A DNA stretch of 24,000 nt from Rhizobium phage RHph_X2_28B: sequence record MW960036.1, one strand, 5' to 3'. Of this stretch, positions 8,071-16,979 are shown in pieces (position 1 is the stretch's first letter; every line of letters begins with the position of its first letter). The notes below the pieces were generated by a model, which was not told where the DNA came from, did no database searches, and worked only from the letters and a program-made list of their open reading frames with translations. The position numbers and the translations under genes are program-made.

Positions 8071-8167
8071 TTTCATCCTACTTATCTACAAAGGACTGAT
8101 AGCATTAGCTTATATCATCGTCCTTGGTCTAATATTTGGGACGTTAGACACGTCAAAAGGATTTTGA
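8051..8167 (+). CDS. Putative single-pass membrane micropeptide (38 aa)
   Basis: MNKNNPDFILLIYKGLIALAYIIVLGLIFGTLDTSKGF*; a hydrophobic core of ~20 residues, overlapping the 3' end of the previous small ORF. Confidence 0.45.
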   Translation: MNKNNPDFILLIYKGLIALAYIIVLGLIFGTLDTSKGF

Positions 8168-8171
8168 TGCT

Positions 8172-8348
8172 ATGCATAAAGTTGGAGTAAAACGCCTACG
8201 TTCCAAAACTCGTGACGATAGGGTAGGAGACGCTCAAATTGAAGAAGTTGACTCATATCTGGAGTTCATGAGAGATGATCAAACCGACGTAGCTGTTATA
8301 AGCTTCAGCGGACGCACAATGAATGTTACCGCTTTTCTTGATGAGTAA
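8172..8348 (+). CDS. Small hypothetical protein (58 aa)
   Basis: MHKVGVKRLRSKTRDDRVGDAQIEEVDSYLEFMRDDQTDVAVISFSGRTMNVTAFLDE*, read directly from the sequence; it sits just after the micropeptide ORF. Confidence 0.5.
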   Translation: MHKVGVKRLRSKTRDDRVGDAQIEEVDSYLEFMRDDQTDVAVISFSGRTMNVTAFLDE

Positions 8349-8382
8349 CTCATCAAACAACACTGAAACAAAAGGAAATCAC

Positions 8383-8601
8383 ATGTCTGTAATTAAGCTC
8401 AATAACCTCGCTGATAATGCTGAAGTCAACGTGGTTGCATCCAAGATTATTGCATTCGATCCGCTTCTCTATGACGGTGAAGTCGTCGGTTCCACCATGC
8501 TCCTGGACGGTGGTATTTCCCTGGAAGTCTCTCAGAGCACTCGCTCGCTTCGTGGATATGTGAAGAAGGCACTTGGTTCTGCTGTTGAAGAAGCAGCATA
8601 A
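8383..8601 (+). CDS. Small hypothetical protein (72 aa)
   Basis: ATG 8383 is preceded by AAAGGA and is in frame with the track ORF (8323); MSVIKLNNLADNAEVNVVASKIIAFDPLLYDGEVVGSTMLL.... Confidence 0.65.
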   Translation: MSVIKLNNLADNAEVNVVASKIIAFDPLLYDGEVVGSTMLLDGGISLEVSQSTRSLRGYVKKALGSAVEEAA

Positions 8602-8633
8602 TTAGGCTAAGCCTCTTTACATACCCCCAATAT

Positions 8634-8663
8634 AGGCTGATAGTAACCCTATCAGCCTTTTTC
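8634..8663 (+). terminator. Rho-independent terminator
   Basis: AGGCTGATAG (8634-8643) pairs with CTATCAGCCT (8649-8658), 10 bp perfect, followed by TTTTTC. Confidence 0.9.
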
Positions 8664-8678
8664 ATTTTGGAGACCACT

Positions 8679-8864
8679 GTGAGCCAAAAGAAGAAGAATC
8701 ATCCTCTCGATACCCATGCGATTGCTTACAAGGAGAATGGTGAGGAGCTTTGGCTGGACACTCATCATGGCGAAGCCAGAGCCGAACATTTCTGTAAAGC
8801 AGTCAACGAGCACGAGAAAGAACATGGACGACCTGAAAAGTTCTATGTCGTCCGAACGAATTAG
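8679..8864 (+). CDS. Small hypothetical protein (61 aa), GTG start
   Basis: GTG 8679 has GGAG upstream at 8669-8672; [50 protein letters not shown].... The track instead uses TTG 8667. Confidence 0.55.
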   Translation: MSQKKKNHPLDTHAIAYKENGEELWLDTHHGEARAEHFCKAVNEHEKEHGRPEKFYVVRTN

Positions 8865-8872
8865 GAGAACCA

Positions 8873-9685
8873 ATGAAACAGTACCATGATCTGCTTCGCC
8901 TCGTATTGCATCAAGGCAAGCGCAAGGAGGATAGGACCGGAACTGGTACTATTTCCTACTTCTCTCCACCTGACCTGGATTTCGATCTTCAAGCTGGATT
9001 TCCTCTGGTAACTACTAAGAAGGTCCATCTGAAATCGCTTATCCATGAACTTCTATGGTTCATCATGGGAGATACCAATGTCCAATATCTTCAGGACAAT
9101 GGTGTTACCATTTGGGACGAATGGGCAGATCCTATGACTGGGGATCTTGGACCTGTCTATGGTAAGCAGTGGCGAGACTGGATTGGAGTTACCAGAGAAG
9201 GTGACTTTGTGACTATCGATCAGATCACTTGGCTCATTAATGAGATCAAGAAGAATCCTGATTCTCGTCGCCTAATCGTCTCTGCCTGGAACCCCATTGA
9301 TATTCCAGAGATGGCACTGGCTCCATGCCATACCATGTGGCAAGTCTTCGTTAACGATGGAGAACTGTCCCTGAAGCTCTACCAGCGCTCTGCTGACCTA
9401 TTTCTGGGTGTACCCTTTAACATTGCATCCTACGCTCTCCTGACCATGATGTTGGCTCAGGTAACGGGCAATAGACCTGGACGCTTCATCCATTCATTCG
9501 GGGATGCTCACATCTATACGAACCATGTGGATCAGGTAGAGGAACAGCTTAACCGTGTTCCGTTCGATCTACCCACTATGGTTCTCAATCCTGATGTGAC
9601 TGAGATCGAAAACTTCAAGTTTGAAGATTTTCAGCTTCAAAACTACGAACACCATCCGGCAATCAAAGCTCCTGTAGCAATCTAA
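8873..9685 (+). CDS. thyA: Thymidylate synthase (ThyA type)
   Basis: [35 protein letters not shown], the PCH active site ([11 protein letters not shown]), [19 protein letters not shown] and HIYTNHVDQ. The Asn in PFNIASY fits dUMP rather than dCMP hydroxymethylase specificity. Confidence 0.95.
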   Translation: MKQYHDLLRLVLHQGKRKEDRTGTGTISYFSPPDLDFDLQAGFPLVTTKKVHLKSLIHELLWFIMGDTNVQYLQDNGVTIWDEWADPMTGDLGPVYGKQWRDWIGVTREGDFVTIDQITWLINEIKKNPDSRRLIVSAWNPIDIPEMALAPCHTMWQVFVNDGELSLKLYQRSADLFLGVPFNIASYALLTMMLAQVTGNRPGRFIHSFGDAHIYTNHVDQVEEQLNRVPFDLPTMVLNPDVTEIENFKFEDFQLQNYEHHPAIKAPVAI

Positions 9686-9707
9686 GGGAGCTAACAATTT
9701 CATCATT

Positions 9708-9733
9708 AAAGGGTCTCTTCGGAGACCTTTTTT
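9708..9733 (+). terminator. Rho-independent terminator with UUCG tetraloop
   Basis: GGTCTC (9712-9717)-TTCG-GAGACC (9722-9727), flanked by A-rich 5' and T-rich 3' arms. Confidence 0.9.
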
Positions 9734-9756
9734 ATGAACCAAGGAGAAATAAACCC

Positions 9757-12252
9757 ATGCAGGTAACTCATCAGCAGGACTATGATACCCACGCCATTAT
9801 TGGTGGTAGTGAGGTGATGGAATTCGGTGTTGCTCAGACAGCGGAATTCTTTACCGTCCTGTCCAGCACACTCTATTCTGATAAACCTCTCGCCGTTGGT
9901 CGTGAAGTCCTCTGCAATGCATGGGATTCCCATATTGCTTCCAAGATCATAGATACGTCTGTTGAAGTGACCATTGACGATACGAAGCTGGTGATTCGAG
10001 ACTTCGGTAGAGGGATCGAGCATTCCAAGATGCAACCCATTTATTGCGTCTATGGTAACTCCACCAAGGGCAATGATGGTACTCAGACTGGTGGTTTCGG
10101 TCTTGGATCCAAAGCACCCTTTGCCTATTCGGATCACTTCACAGTGACATCCCACTTCATGGGAACCAAGACCGTTTATGCCATCTCTCGTGGTTCAGCA
10201 AAGACTCAAGGCAAACCTGATTGCCGAGTCATGGTGAAGGTTCCAACCACTGAATCTGGTTTGGAAGTCTCCATTCCCCTGAAACACAAGGATGATGGCT
10301 TAATCTTCTCAGAGATCATCCGTACCATTGCCCGTATGGGTGAGATGAATGTGAAGCTCAATGGTGAGCGTCTGGAGACAATGCCTATCTCTTCTGCTCA
10401 GGAAGGATTCTATCTCACCAGAGAAGAATTCACTAAGCATCAAGAACGAATCTTCGTTCGCTATGGTAATGTTGTCTATCCTGTCCCTCTGCATGAGGAT
10501 TACTCAGGAAAGTATGGTGAACTGATTAAGCTTCTAGAGACTCTCGATAGGGGAGCTTATAGGCATCGTTGGAAAGTCATTTTCCAAGCACCATCCAATA
10601 AGATCTCAGTCACTCCTAGTCGTGAAAGTCTATCTCTTACAGATACGACTATCGAGACTATTAAGGAACTGATGGAACTTGTTCCAAACATTAATAGCAA
10701 ACCTTACCTTGAGGAAGCTAAGCTATTCCTGGATGAGTGTATTGAACTTACTTGGTCCCAATTCAAGCAGTATACTTTGTTTGGGACTCAAAGCATCTTC
10801 AATGTTGATGATAAGTCTTTCATCAATAACATCAGCATCACTAGCTATCGTGACGTTGTTCGTTGGATCCTTCGTAGCAGATACCCAGATAACTGGGGAT
10901 TTGTTAAGGATGATATGGCAAAGCGTTTGCAATCCTTTGTAGACAACAATGTCGCCAACAAGCATACCATCACTGCATTCATAGCTCTCATGATGAAAGC
11001 TCAGAACAGGGTCTCCTATCACAAATGGAATGATCCTGATTATGGTCAATGGGCTAAGTTTGTCTCCCGTCATATCACTGGGAACCTTGCTAAGAAGGTT
11101 CTCAAGACAGATCAGATTGATAGGAAGCAATTGTTCATTGCTCACGGAACCAACAAGAGAGGGACTGGACCTGAGTTCACACCTTTCAATGAATTCAGGG
11201 CAGAGTTTGATAATACAATTCATCTGCTGAAGAATACGATTGTAGTCACTTACAGTCGTAACTCCATCTCTGAGAATCTGGGCAGTATGCCTGCTGTCAA
11301 GTTCCTGGGTAATCCTGGAACGAAGCTGGTCTATATTGCTTCCAGAGCCAAAGGAAAGAAGGATCAAGCTGTTGAGTTCTTCCAGAAGATTGGTCTTCAG
11401 GTACTTGACCTTGCTCAATACACTGATGACTGGGCTGCTAAATACAGACCACTCACATCAACATCTGAGTATAAAGAACCAAAGAAGCCTAAGATTGTTG
11501 GGATTCCATCCCTCAGCAATCTAATTCAGAGTACAGGTCACTTCACTTGCCGTGGTCATATGGTGGAAAATCCTCATCGGATTGAAACTCCTGAGTTTGT
11601 GTTCCAACCTCACCAACTTTCTGGTGCTTCCTATACCCATAAGTTCTTCCAATTCAATGATGACATTGGTGCTATCATTGTAAAGAAGTTTGGTCATCAA
11701 GGTGGTATCACAGTCAACTCTCGACAGACTGAGAAGTACATCAAGGATGGAGCCAAGGAAGGTTATCAATGGGTAGCAGAACGACTTCTTGAAGAGTTCC
11801 AAACCAATGCTGGTATGCTGAAACTGGTTAGCTTCCAGCTTACACCTTGGAATTCGACCAGTGGAGTCATGAACACTGTTAACCGGCTCTATCAGATTTC
11901 CTGTGAATCTGATGTCATCAAGAATGAGCTTGGTTTCCCGGATCGTCCTAATAAGGATGATCTCGACTTCCTGAAGATCTGGTATCATCTGAGACCTCCA
12001 GAAGATCCCTACCGTTATCGTACACCTTCGATACCTTCTCAGATGAATCAATCTCTCAATGAAATTGAGAAGATCATCACTCAGCAGGGTATCGACCCCC
12101 AACTTACTGTGATAAAGGATATGGTATCCAAGAGCAGCTTGCTCAAATATTTGGATCTCAGCGATATCACTGGGGCGATGACTGATAAGAAATCAACGCA
12201 AAAGCAAAAAGACGATATTGAGTCTCTATTGCTAATAGCACTGCAAGGATAA
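9757..12252 (+). CDS. rIIA: rIIA-like protein (GHKL ATPase fold)
   Basis: GHKL motifs: LCNAWDSHIASK (N-box), VIRDFGRGIEH, and NSTKGNDGTQTGGFGLGSKAPFAYSDHFTVTSH, which is diagnostic for rIIA-like proteins. It sits next to an rIIB-like gene. Confidence 0.88.
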   Translation: MQVTHQQDYDTHAIIGGSEVMEFGVAQTAEFFTVLSSTLYSDKPLAVGREVLCNAWDSHIASKIIDTSVEVTIDDTKLVIRDFGRGIEHSKMQPIYCVYGNSTKGNDGTQTGGFGLGSKAPFAYSDHFTVTSHFMGTKTVYAISRGSAKTQGKPDCRVMVKVPTTESGLEVSIPLKHKDDGLIFSEIIRTIARMGEMNVKLNGERLETMPISSAQEGFYLTREEFTKHQERIFVRYGNVVYPVPLHEDYSGKYGELIKLLETLDRGAYRHRWKVIFQAPSNKISVTPSRESLSLTDTTIETIKELMELVPNINSKPYLEEAKLFLDECIELTWSQFKQYTLFGTQSIFNVDDKSFINNISITSYRDVVRWILRSRYPDNWGFVKDDMAKRLQSFVDNNVANKHTITAFIALMMKAQNRVSYHKWNDPDYGQWAKFVSRHITGNLAKKVLKTDQIDRKQLFIAHGTNKRGTGPEFTPFNEFRAEFDNTIHLLKNTIVVTYSRNSISENLGSMPAVKFLGNPGTKLVYIASRAKGKKDQAVEFFQKIGLQVLDLAQYTDDWAAKYRPLTSTSEYKEPKKPKIVGIPSLSNLIQSTGHFTCRGHMVENPHRIETPEFVFQPHQLSGASYTHKFFQFNDDIGAIIVKKFGHQGGITVNSRQTEKYIKDGAKEGYQWVAERLLEEFQTNAGMLKLVSFQLTPWNSTSGVMNTVNRLYQISCESDVIKNELGFPDRPNKDDLDFLKIWYHLRPPEDPYRYRTPSIPSQMNQSLNEIEKIITQQGIDPQLTVIKDMVSKSSLLKYLDLSDITGAMTDKKSTQKQKDDIESLLLIALQG

Positions 12253-12255
12253 ACA

Positions 12256-14013
12256 ATGACAGACATTCGCGTTGTATCCGCTATTGCGGATAAGAAAAAT
12301 CTCACACTCTACACTGAGGACGGCAACACTGTTGTCGTTCCTCAAGGTGATCCCCGAGTAGCTGTGCTGCTCGAAAAAATCATTCCCTTCACTGCTCGTG
12401 GTGAAGTAGCAATTGTCTCTCTGGAGACCTTCAGTGTCTATGGAGCATTCGAGAAGAAGACCAATGGTCTGGTCCGCTTCCTAAAGATTGCTAAGGAAAA
12501 GGTGAAGAACTTCTTCTCTGGTTCTGAGGAAGCTCTTGAAGAGACTCTCAAGCCTGTTGAGGAAGCTGCTGAGCATGTTGTTGAAGAAGTCAACAAAGCT
12601 CTGGAAAACATCGGTGCTCCTCTCACTGCTGAGGATGTCATTGCTCAAGCTGAGAAGCTTGGAACTGATGACACTGTAAAGCCTCATGAGACCATTGTAG
12701 CAGTGATCTCTGATGGTCCTGTACAGAAGGTCATTCCTGGTGCTGAGAATCTGCGTGAGCAAATTGCTCATGCTACCAGCAGCGGTCGTACCATTGGTAC
12801 AGAGAACCTCATCAAGCGCATGGCAAAAATGATGAATGGTCAGCGTAACCATTCGGTTGAAGATCTGCTTCGCTTCCTGGAACGGGGTGATCTGCCTGTA
12901 GCTGATGATGGTTCCATCATTGCCTACAAGCGAGTGCAGTCTACCTCTGAAGAAGGTGTCTTCGTAGATTGCCATTCTAAGAAGGTAAAGCAGCGTGTTG
13001 GTTCCTTTGTCGTCGTGGATGAATCCATGGTGGACAAGAACCGTCGCAATGAATGCTCCAATGGTCTTCACATTGGTCGTAGAGCCTATATGGGCAGCTT
13101 CTCAGGAGATGTTATGCTTCTGTGCAAGATTGCTCCAGAGGATGTCATCACTGTTCCTCATGGTGATCCGAACAAGGTTCGTGTGTGTGCTTACCATATC
13201 CTTGCTGTTATCCCCCGAGAAGCAGCAACGAAGATCAACAACAACACACCTATGACCAGTGTTCCAGAAGCTTCCGAACTTCTGGCTCGTGCCATGAGCG
13301 GTAAGCATATTGGTAAGCTGGAAGAGGTACGAATCACTGAAGAAAAAGGTGGTGGTCTCAAGATCACTCAACTGAATCCTGATGGTTCGAAGAAACTTGC
13401 CAAGGCAGAAGTCACTGTTGAGGAAAAGCAGAAGGCTAAAGCTTTCGATGATGCTGAAGCCCCTGCTGCTGCCGTTGATGTCAAGAAGATCAATCAACAG
13501 GTAGCTGCTGAAGAAGCCAAGGCTGCTCAGGAAAAAGAAATTCCACATTCAGAATTGAATCCTGATGCTGGTGTTACTGGTACTCTTACAGGTGAAGGTA
13601 CTAAGGCTGCTGAAGAAAAAAGCCTTGGTCCTGTTCTCGTTGGTTCTAACAGGGAACGTGGTCTGTCTGCTTATACAGACGTGATCAATGAATCCCTGTC
13701 ATTGAAGGAACGTCAGACTTCTGCTCAGGAACTGCTTTCAATTAAAAAGAAAGCCAAGATTTCCTGGGAGAAGCTTGGTCTTCCTCATGACATGACTGTG
13801 ATTCTCAATCATGTGTTGGAACTCAAAGAGGAACCAAAGAAGGAGGAGCCTGCAAAGACTTCCTCTGGATTCGGTAAGAAGGATCTCGCTAGGGATTACT
13901 TCAACAATCAACGTTGGGCTGCTCTGAAGGATCTTAAGAAGCAAGCCAAAGTCTCTTGGGAACGACTCGGATTTTCTGATAAGGAAATTGAGGAAATCAC
14001 CAAACATCTTTGA
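12256..14013 (+). CDS. rIIB: rIIB-like protein, long version (585 aa)
   Basis: GSIIAYKRVQ...VDCHSKKVKQRVGSFVVVDESMVDKNRRNECSNGLHIGRRAYMGSFSGDVMLLCKIAPEDVITVPHGDPNKVRVCAYHI matches the rIIB core; adjacent to rIIA. Confidence 0.88.
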   Translation: MTDIRVVSAIADKKNLTLYTEDGNTVVVPQGDPRVAVLLEKIIPFTARGEVAIVSLETFSVYGAFEKKTNGLVRFLKIAKEKVKNFFSGSEEALEETLKPVEEAAEHVVEEVNKALENIGAPLTAEDVIAQAEKLGTDDTVKPHETIVAVISDGPVQKVIPGAENLREQIAHATSSGRTIGTENLIKRMAKMMNGQRNHSVEDLLRFLERGDLPVADDGSIIAYKRVQSTSEEGVFVDCHSKKVKQRVGSFVVVDESMVDKNRRNECSNGLHIGRRAYMGSFSGDVMLLCKIAPEDVITVPHGDPNKVRVCAYHILAVIPREAATKINNNTPMTSVPEASELLARAMSGKHIGKLEEVRITEEKGGGLKITQLNPDGSKKLAKAEVTVEEKQKAKAFDDAEAPAAAVDVKKINQQVAAEEAKAAQEKEIPHSELNPDAGVTGTLTGEGTKAAEEKSLGPVLVGSNRERGLSAYTDVINESLSLKERQTSAQELLSIKKKAKISWEKLGLPHDMTVILNHVLELKEEPKKEEPAKTSSGFGKKDLARDYFNNQRWAALKDLKKQAKVSWERLGFSDKEIEEITKHL

Positions 14014-14021
14014 GTAAATCT

Positions 14022-14056
14022 AGACCCCTAATACAGAAATGTGTTGGGGGTCTTTT
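14022..14056 (+). terminator. Rho-independent terminator with a 14-bp stem and GAAA tetraloop
   Basis: AGACCCCTAATACA (14022-14035)-GAAA-TGTGTTGGGGGTCT (14040-14053), continuous pairing with two G.U, followed by TTTC. Confidence 0.85.
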
Positions 14057-14076
14057 CATTTAATGAGTATTATGTC

Positions 14077-14340
14077 ATGAAGAACCAACAACAAGAAGAA
14101 CAAGCTTTCCAACGCCTTCTCAATGCAACCAGTACAGATTGGACCAACAGATCCAATTTTATCAACAAAGTGAAACAAACAGAAAAAGTTACAGTATTCA
14201 CTGAGGATGGAACACCCATTGAGACTGAGGTAGAATTCTTCATCACATGGGAATCCATCAAAGCGGTACTGGAACTGGTAAATAAGAAGGCGAAATTACC
14301 AGATGACCTCCGTGTATCGGTCAAACAGGAAAGCAACTGA
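14077..14340 (+). CDS. hypothetical protein (about 87 aa)
   Basis: The track start at 14041 lies inside the terminator. ATG 14077 gives MKNQQQEEQAFQRLLNATSTDW.... Confidence 0.6.
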   Translation: MKNQQQEEQAFQRLLNATSTDWTNRSNFINKVKQTEKVTVFTEDGTPIETEVEFFITWESIKAVLELVNKKAKLPDDLRVSVKQESN

Positions 14341-14605
14341 TGATGATCTTCTGAGGCTTAACAACCTCGGACTCTCACTGGGTACGATTGCCCAGATGCT
14401 TTCTTGTCATCCAACTACTGTCACCCAACGACTTAAAGCGCTGGGAGTCCCAGTAGCTGATACTCGTCGGTCCTTTATGGAAGACATTTACCATACCATG
14501 ACCCCTGCTCAGCGGGAGTGGCTCTGTGATGAGCTTGGTCAAACCACAACTGTTAAAGAGTATGTCAAGAAGCTGATTGTAGAAGCTTTCTTGAAATCTC
14601 GATGA
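14303..14605 (+). CDS. Small helix-turn-helix protein
   Basis: DDDLLRLNNLGLSLGTIAQMLSCHPTTVTQRLKALGV reads as a resolvase/sigma-like HTH. Confidence 0.65.
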   Translation: MTSVYRSNRKATDDDLLRLNNLGLSLGTIAQMLSCHPTTVTQRLKALGVPVADTRRSFMEDIYHTMTPAQREWLCDELGQTTTVKEYVKKLIVEAFLKSR

Positions 14606-14612
14606 GGCTTTT

Positions 14613-15071
14613 ATGAAAGACATTCACACATTGCAGGATACGAAACGTTGGATGGAGAAGGCTATCCCTGTCCCCAACTCTCAAAATATCACCACTCAAA
14701 TGGGTGTTCATTTTGAGGAAGTTGCTGAGATGCTTGATAGCTTAGCTGCTGTTGATGTACTTACAGCAGAAATCATTGAAGATACCAAACAGGCTCTTGA
14801 GACGCTCTCCAGGCATTTAAAGACACATCCTGGTGTAGTAGAAATCTTCCCTCCAGATCGTGAAGAGTACCTTGATTCGCTCTGTGACCAGATCGTCACA
14901 GCAGTCGGTTGTGCTCATAATAGTGGTTTTGACATTGTAGGTGCAATGAATGAGGTAAACCGTTCAAATTTCTCGAAATTTGACGAAGGTGGTCAACCGA
15001 TTTTTGATGACAATCGAAAGATCATCAAGGGTCCGAATTACAGCAAGGCAGACCTTGCACCCTACGTGTAA
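14613..15071 (+). CDS. hypothetical protein (152 aa)
   Basis: Complete ORF on the coding strand; GATGAGG upstream of ATG 14613. Confidence 0.65.
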   Translation: MKDIHTLQDTKRWMEKAIPVPNSQNITTQMGVHFEEVAEMLDSLAAVDVLTAEIIEDTKQALETLSRHLKTHPGVVEIFPPDREEYLDSLCDQIVTAVGCAHNSGFDIVGAMNEVNRSNFSKFDEGGQPIFDDNRKIIKGPNYSKADLAPYV

Positions 15072-15132
15072 ACCTGCTATCACCAACTTAGGCTGTTCTC
15101 GACAGTCGGGGTTGCAGTGTGTGAGTGCGTGA

Positions 15133-15163
15133 AGCCTCTCTGAGAAATCGGGGAGGCTTTTTC
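15133..15163 (+). terminator. Rho-independent terminator
   Basis: AGCCTCTC (15133-15140) pairs with GGGAGGCT (15151-15158), followed by TTTTC. Confidence 0.8.
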
Positions 15164-15197
15164 TTGCCCCATATAAAATACCCAAAGGGAGAACCAA

Positions 15198-16481
15198 ATG
15201 GCAGATCTCAACCAAGGACAGAAAGCTGCCGCAGAAGCTTTCTTCCAGTTCCTGTTTACTCCAGGAAAAGGCTTTATCATCAGTGGTAAAGCTGGTGTTG
15301 GGAAAACCTTCTTGATGTCTCACATCATCGATAAGGTCATTCCACAGTACCATGAAACCTGTAAGCTCATGGGTATCACACCTGAATTTGAAGGTGTCAC
15401 CATGAATGCTACAACAAATAAGGCAGCAGAAGTCCTCTCTGTTGCTACTGGTCGCCCAACAGGCACCATCCACTCCTTTCTGGCTCTCAAAGTCACTGAA
15501 GACTTCAACACAGGGAAATCCTACCTGACGAAGACTCGTGACTGGAGAGTCCATGAACGACAAATTATCTTCATTGATGAATGCTCCATGATCGATAGTG
15601 AACTCTATTCGATCCTCCAGGAAGGCACTCATCAGTGTAAGATTGTCTATGTTGGTGACCATAACCAGCTAGCTCCAGTGATGGAAAAGATTTCTCCTGT
15701 CTATAAGCAGGATTATCCATTCTATGAGTTGCTGGAACCAATGAGGAATAATGGTCAGCCTGCCCTCATGGACATCTGTGCTCAGCTTCGTAACTCTGTT
15801 GAGACAGGTGAGTTCAATCCTATTCAGATTGTTCCTGGTGTCATCGAGCACCTAGACAATCATGAGATGGAGCAACAGATCGATCTGATGTTCAATCATC
15901 AGACCTTGGATACTCGAATCCTGGCTTACACCAATAAGCGAGTGCTCCAATACAATGACCATATTCGATCTCTGAGGAAGCTTCCTGATGAGTTCATTGA
16001 AGGTGAATACCTTGTCAATAACTCAGCAGTGAAGGTTGGTCGTCGTATGCTCTCTGTTGAAGAGGAAGTGACGATCCAGAAGATCCACAATCGATCCAAG
16101 ATCGAAGTAGTCAGAGATGTTGAGATGGAAGTTCTCAATGTCACCTTGGAAACTCGACTGGGAGAATATCTGGAATCTCAGATTCCGGTTAACCGTCCTC
16201 ACTTCGCTGAGCTAGTGAAGTATTTTGCTCGCCAGAAGAACTGGGAACGATACTACCATCTGAAGCAGAACTTCCCTGATCTCCGTCAGCGGGATTCTGC
16301 TACCGTTCACAAGTCTCAAGGCAGTACCTACGATTCGGTCTTCATCGATCTAGGAGATATCAGCACCTGCACTCATAGTGATCAGGCAGCACGTATGCTC
16401 TACGTCGCTTTCTCCAGAGCTAAGAACAAGGTCTATCTCTATGGGAACCTTGCAGACAAATATGGTGGTCTCACCTTCTAG
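15198..16481 (+). CDS. dda: Dda/RecD-like SF1 helicase
   Basis: Walker A IISGKAGVGKTFL, motif II FIDECSM, motif III YVGDHNQLAPV, C-terminal SATVHKSQGSTYDSVFID and MLYVAFSRAKNKVYLYG. Confidence 0.85.
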   Translation: MADLNQGQKAAAEAFFQFLFTPGKGFIISGKAGVGKTFLMSHIIDKVIPQYHETCKLMGITPEFEGVTMNATTNKAAEVLSVATGRPTGTIHSFLALKVTEDFNTGKSYLTKTRDWRVHERQIIFIDECSMIDSELYSILQEGTHQCKIVYVGDHNQLAPVMEKISPVYKQDYPFYELLEPMRNNGQPALMDICAQLRNSVETGEFNPIQIVPGVIEHLDNHEMEQQIDLMFNHQTLDTRILAYTNKRVLQYNDHIRSLRKLPDEFIEGEYLVNNSAVKVGRRMLSVEEEVTIQKIHNRSKIEVVRDVEMEVLNVTLETRLGEYLESQIPVNRPHFAELVKYFARQKNWERYYHLKQNFPDLRQRDSATVHKSQGSTYDSVFIDLGDISTCTHSDQAARMLYVAFSRAKNKVYLYGNLADKYGGLTF

Positions 16482-16490
16482 GAGGTAACC

Positions 16491-16979
16491 ATGTCTATCA
16501 AGTTAATCATCGGAGAACTTTCTAGAGACATCTTTTACAAAGATAAAGCACGATTGGAAAAGATGTTAGAAGTCATCTTTGACAAACAAGTCGAACTTGG
16601 TGGATCATCGAATGGGTTTGTGTATGGAAGTGAATTCTATACCAAGTACACCAAGATTGATCGTAAAAGACCAAGGGACGTTCTCCGTCCAGAACTCCAT
16701 GAGCAGATGAGAGACTACCTGTTCGATCTTAGAAAGATCCAAGAGGATAAACAAAAGATTGAACAGGGTTTGTCAGCTATCCTGGTAGGATGCAGCACAT
16801 GGCAGCAAGTCAGAGACGCATTGCCTAACGATCTTGCTAGACAATTTACTCAGACCAGAGACCTTCCAAGAATTCAAGCTGAAGGATTCAATCTGGTTAA
16901 CCATGCTAGAGTCCAAAGGCAATTCAAAAAGACTAAAGATCTCATCGATATCTATCTGATAAGCAGGTTGATGATGTAA
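16491..16979 (+). CDS. hypothetical protein (162 aa)
   Basis: Strong SD AGGAGG; stop overlaps the next start (TAATG). Confidence 0.7.
   Translation: MSIKLIIGELSRDIFYKDKARLEKMLEVIFDKQVELGGSSNGFVYGSEFYTKYTKIDRKRPRDVLRPELHEQMRDYLFDLRKIQEDKQKIEQGLSAILVGCSTWQQVRDALPNDLARQFTQTRDLPRIQAEGFNLVNHARVQRQFKKTKDLIDIYLISRLMM

Noticed and set aside
7933-8348. Toxin-antitoxin pair suggested by small adjacent ORFs with a hydrophobic peptide
   Set aside because: No recognisable toxin or antitoxin family motif. Size and hydrophobicity alone are not enough.
10723-11418. 231-aa antisense ORF inside rIIA (and others such as 12481-13071, 14964-15662, 17756-18502, 20439-20969, 22030-22485 on the - strand)
   Set aside because: All lie opposite confidently assigned + strand genes, with no protein motif recognised. 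They are expected shadow ORFs of the coding strand.
13840-13853. Extra copies of the GAACCAA motif inside genes (such as around 13840 and 23773)
   Set aside because: They fall within coding sequence with no start codon in the right place, so they are taken as chance occurrences.
14041-14076. Upstream start of the 14077 gene used by the ORF track
   Set aside because: This stretch is the 3' arm and T run of a 14-bp terminator hairpin, so it is unlikely to be translated.
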